Assembly: GCA_963924565.1 (NCBI GenBank)
Contig: OZ004609.1
Span: forward strand, 5,022,001-5,086,000
Reading direction: 5' to 3'
Origin: Ascidiella aspersa
Taxonomy: Eukaryota
Length of the DNA: 64,000 nucleotides
Position 1 is the first letter of the stretch, and every line of letters starts with the position of its first letter. The position numbers and the translations under genes were made by a program. This document shows, piece after piece, positions 62,701 to 64,000 of this stretch. Under the pieces are notes generated by a model, which saw only the letters and a program-made list of their open reading frames with translations, made no database searches and was not told where the DNA came from.

Positions 62701-64000
62701 TTACATAACCATTTAGCTTGTCTTGCCTTGTTTTATGGGTGCAAAACTGTGTGCCTTTGGGTCAGAGGCGATTTTGAATATATGATCTTGGGTCCATTCG
62801 AAAGGAATCGGGAAGAGGGTAATTTTGGTTTGGGGGAGGGCAGGCTCTGGTGACAGAATGCTAGTGAATGACTTAAATTTAGTTCGAATTTCCCAATATG
62901 TTTTATTAATAAATTTCGTTTGATCCCATATATATTCATTTTCAAAATCTTGTTTTTTCTTTGCTTTAATTAAGATTATTTTAAAAATGTTGGCTAGTTT
63001 AATTATAAAGGGGTGGGTGTTCCTTGGGCTGGGATGTTATATCGTAGAATGGATGTGGATAATAGCCTCTGTCCTCGAGGATGAATGCCTCGAGTCTTCG
63101 GGCCAATTGTTTAACTACTTAGGTGTCTTCTTCGCCTCTGCAGAACTTGTAATGCAGTTTGAATACCCTGCCCGTTTCGTTTTGCAAAATTTGGCGGTTC
63201 ATTTTGAACTTACCCAAAAAATAGCCTTTTTGTGCTATCCGATAATTGACTTCCCGTTCCGAATTGGTGTGAAAATATTTAACATTATTATTCTTTAAGA
63301 GAATGGTATTCCAACTGCATTGCGAGTCCCGCAGAGGGAGGTCGGTGGCAGTGTATTTTTTTAGACGATGAATTTGTACATGTGTTTTTGTTTTGCTGCT
63401 TCCCAGTTAAAGTCATTGTTTGTTTGGCTGTTAATTAGATTGACATTAGCTATTTTGTTAATCCATTCGGGTTTGGTTTGCAGCATTTTTGGATAGTTTT
63501 GGTCAATACAAATTCCGGTTTATGTTTTTTGATTTAAAGCCGAGGTTGTATCTGGCCCATGAGTGCCAGAAGTCGGAGATGGTTTCTAAATTTTTGTAAT
63601 CTTTGAGCTGCTCGAGTTGAGCAGCTTCTATTTTTGCTCCGACATCTGGCACCCATAGGCCGCTTTCCTTTATTGGTGCAATGATTTTTTTTCTTGCTAC
63701 GGGTTCCATGAAGAGTGGAAACCACAAAAAGCCAAAAATGAGGGATTGAAACTGTTTAATATATTTTTGCCTCATCGTTAAAATTCTTGGTACAAAGATG
63801 ATTTGAGACATGACGAGGGCTTGTATCAGATTTATTTTACCAAAGACCGAAAGGTTTCTATATTTGTGAATTTGGATTATTTTTTTTAACTTTATCAATT
63901 TTTTTTGGCCAGTTTAGCTTTTCGTGGTCTCCACTCTTCCCCGTAGCAGATATACCTAGTATTTTGCAATCCTTTTTAACGTATTCTGGGTATACAAGAG
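62700..64000 (-). mobile_element. L1/Tx1 LINE ORF2 (thumb/post-RT region), continues beyond the window
   Basis: CKILGI; RNLSVFGKINLIQALVMSQIIF..FGFLW..VARKKIIAPIKESGLWVPD. Confidence 0.88.

Overview
AT-rich animal (invertebrate, possibly tunicate-like; species not determinable here) nuclear DNA made almost entirely of nested, mostly decayed transposable elements. I see no intact host gene, rRNA, tRNA or CRISPR array. DNA transposon relics: three Harbinger nuclease fragments and two Harbinger-type MITEs, two Sola2, a Zisupton/KDZ element with SAP and Ulp1 domains, two Mutator (one CaRF-like with a SWIM finger), P/THAP9, hAT, and a possible Chapaev3. Retroelements: two Vingi/Ingi-like and one L2/CR1-type LINE fragment, three L1/Tx1 fragments, a decayed Gypsy and a related solo LTR (TSD CCCA), and two BEL/Pao elements. 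The youngest insertion is a 6,027-bp BEL/Pao (22840-28866, TSD CATGC, near-identical LTRs) that lacks RT, RNase H and the integrase core. Best leads: (1) removing that BEL restores a ~4.2-kb TIR-bounded element with a Ulp1 protease-PHD gene facing an apparent tandem death-domain gene; (2) an orphan intronless TATA/Inr-driven RS-rich ORF; (3) a minisatellite of triple-hairpin units inside the second BEL LTR; (4) a non-tRNA primer-binding region in the young BEL that is complementary to its own LTR. All family assignments come from manual motif recognition, often across frameshifts, and need HMM or library confirmation.
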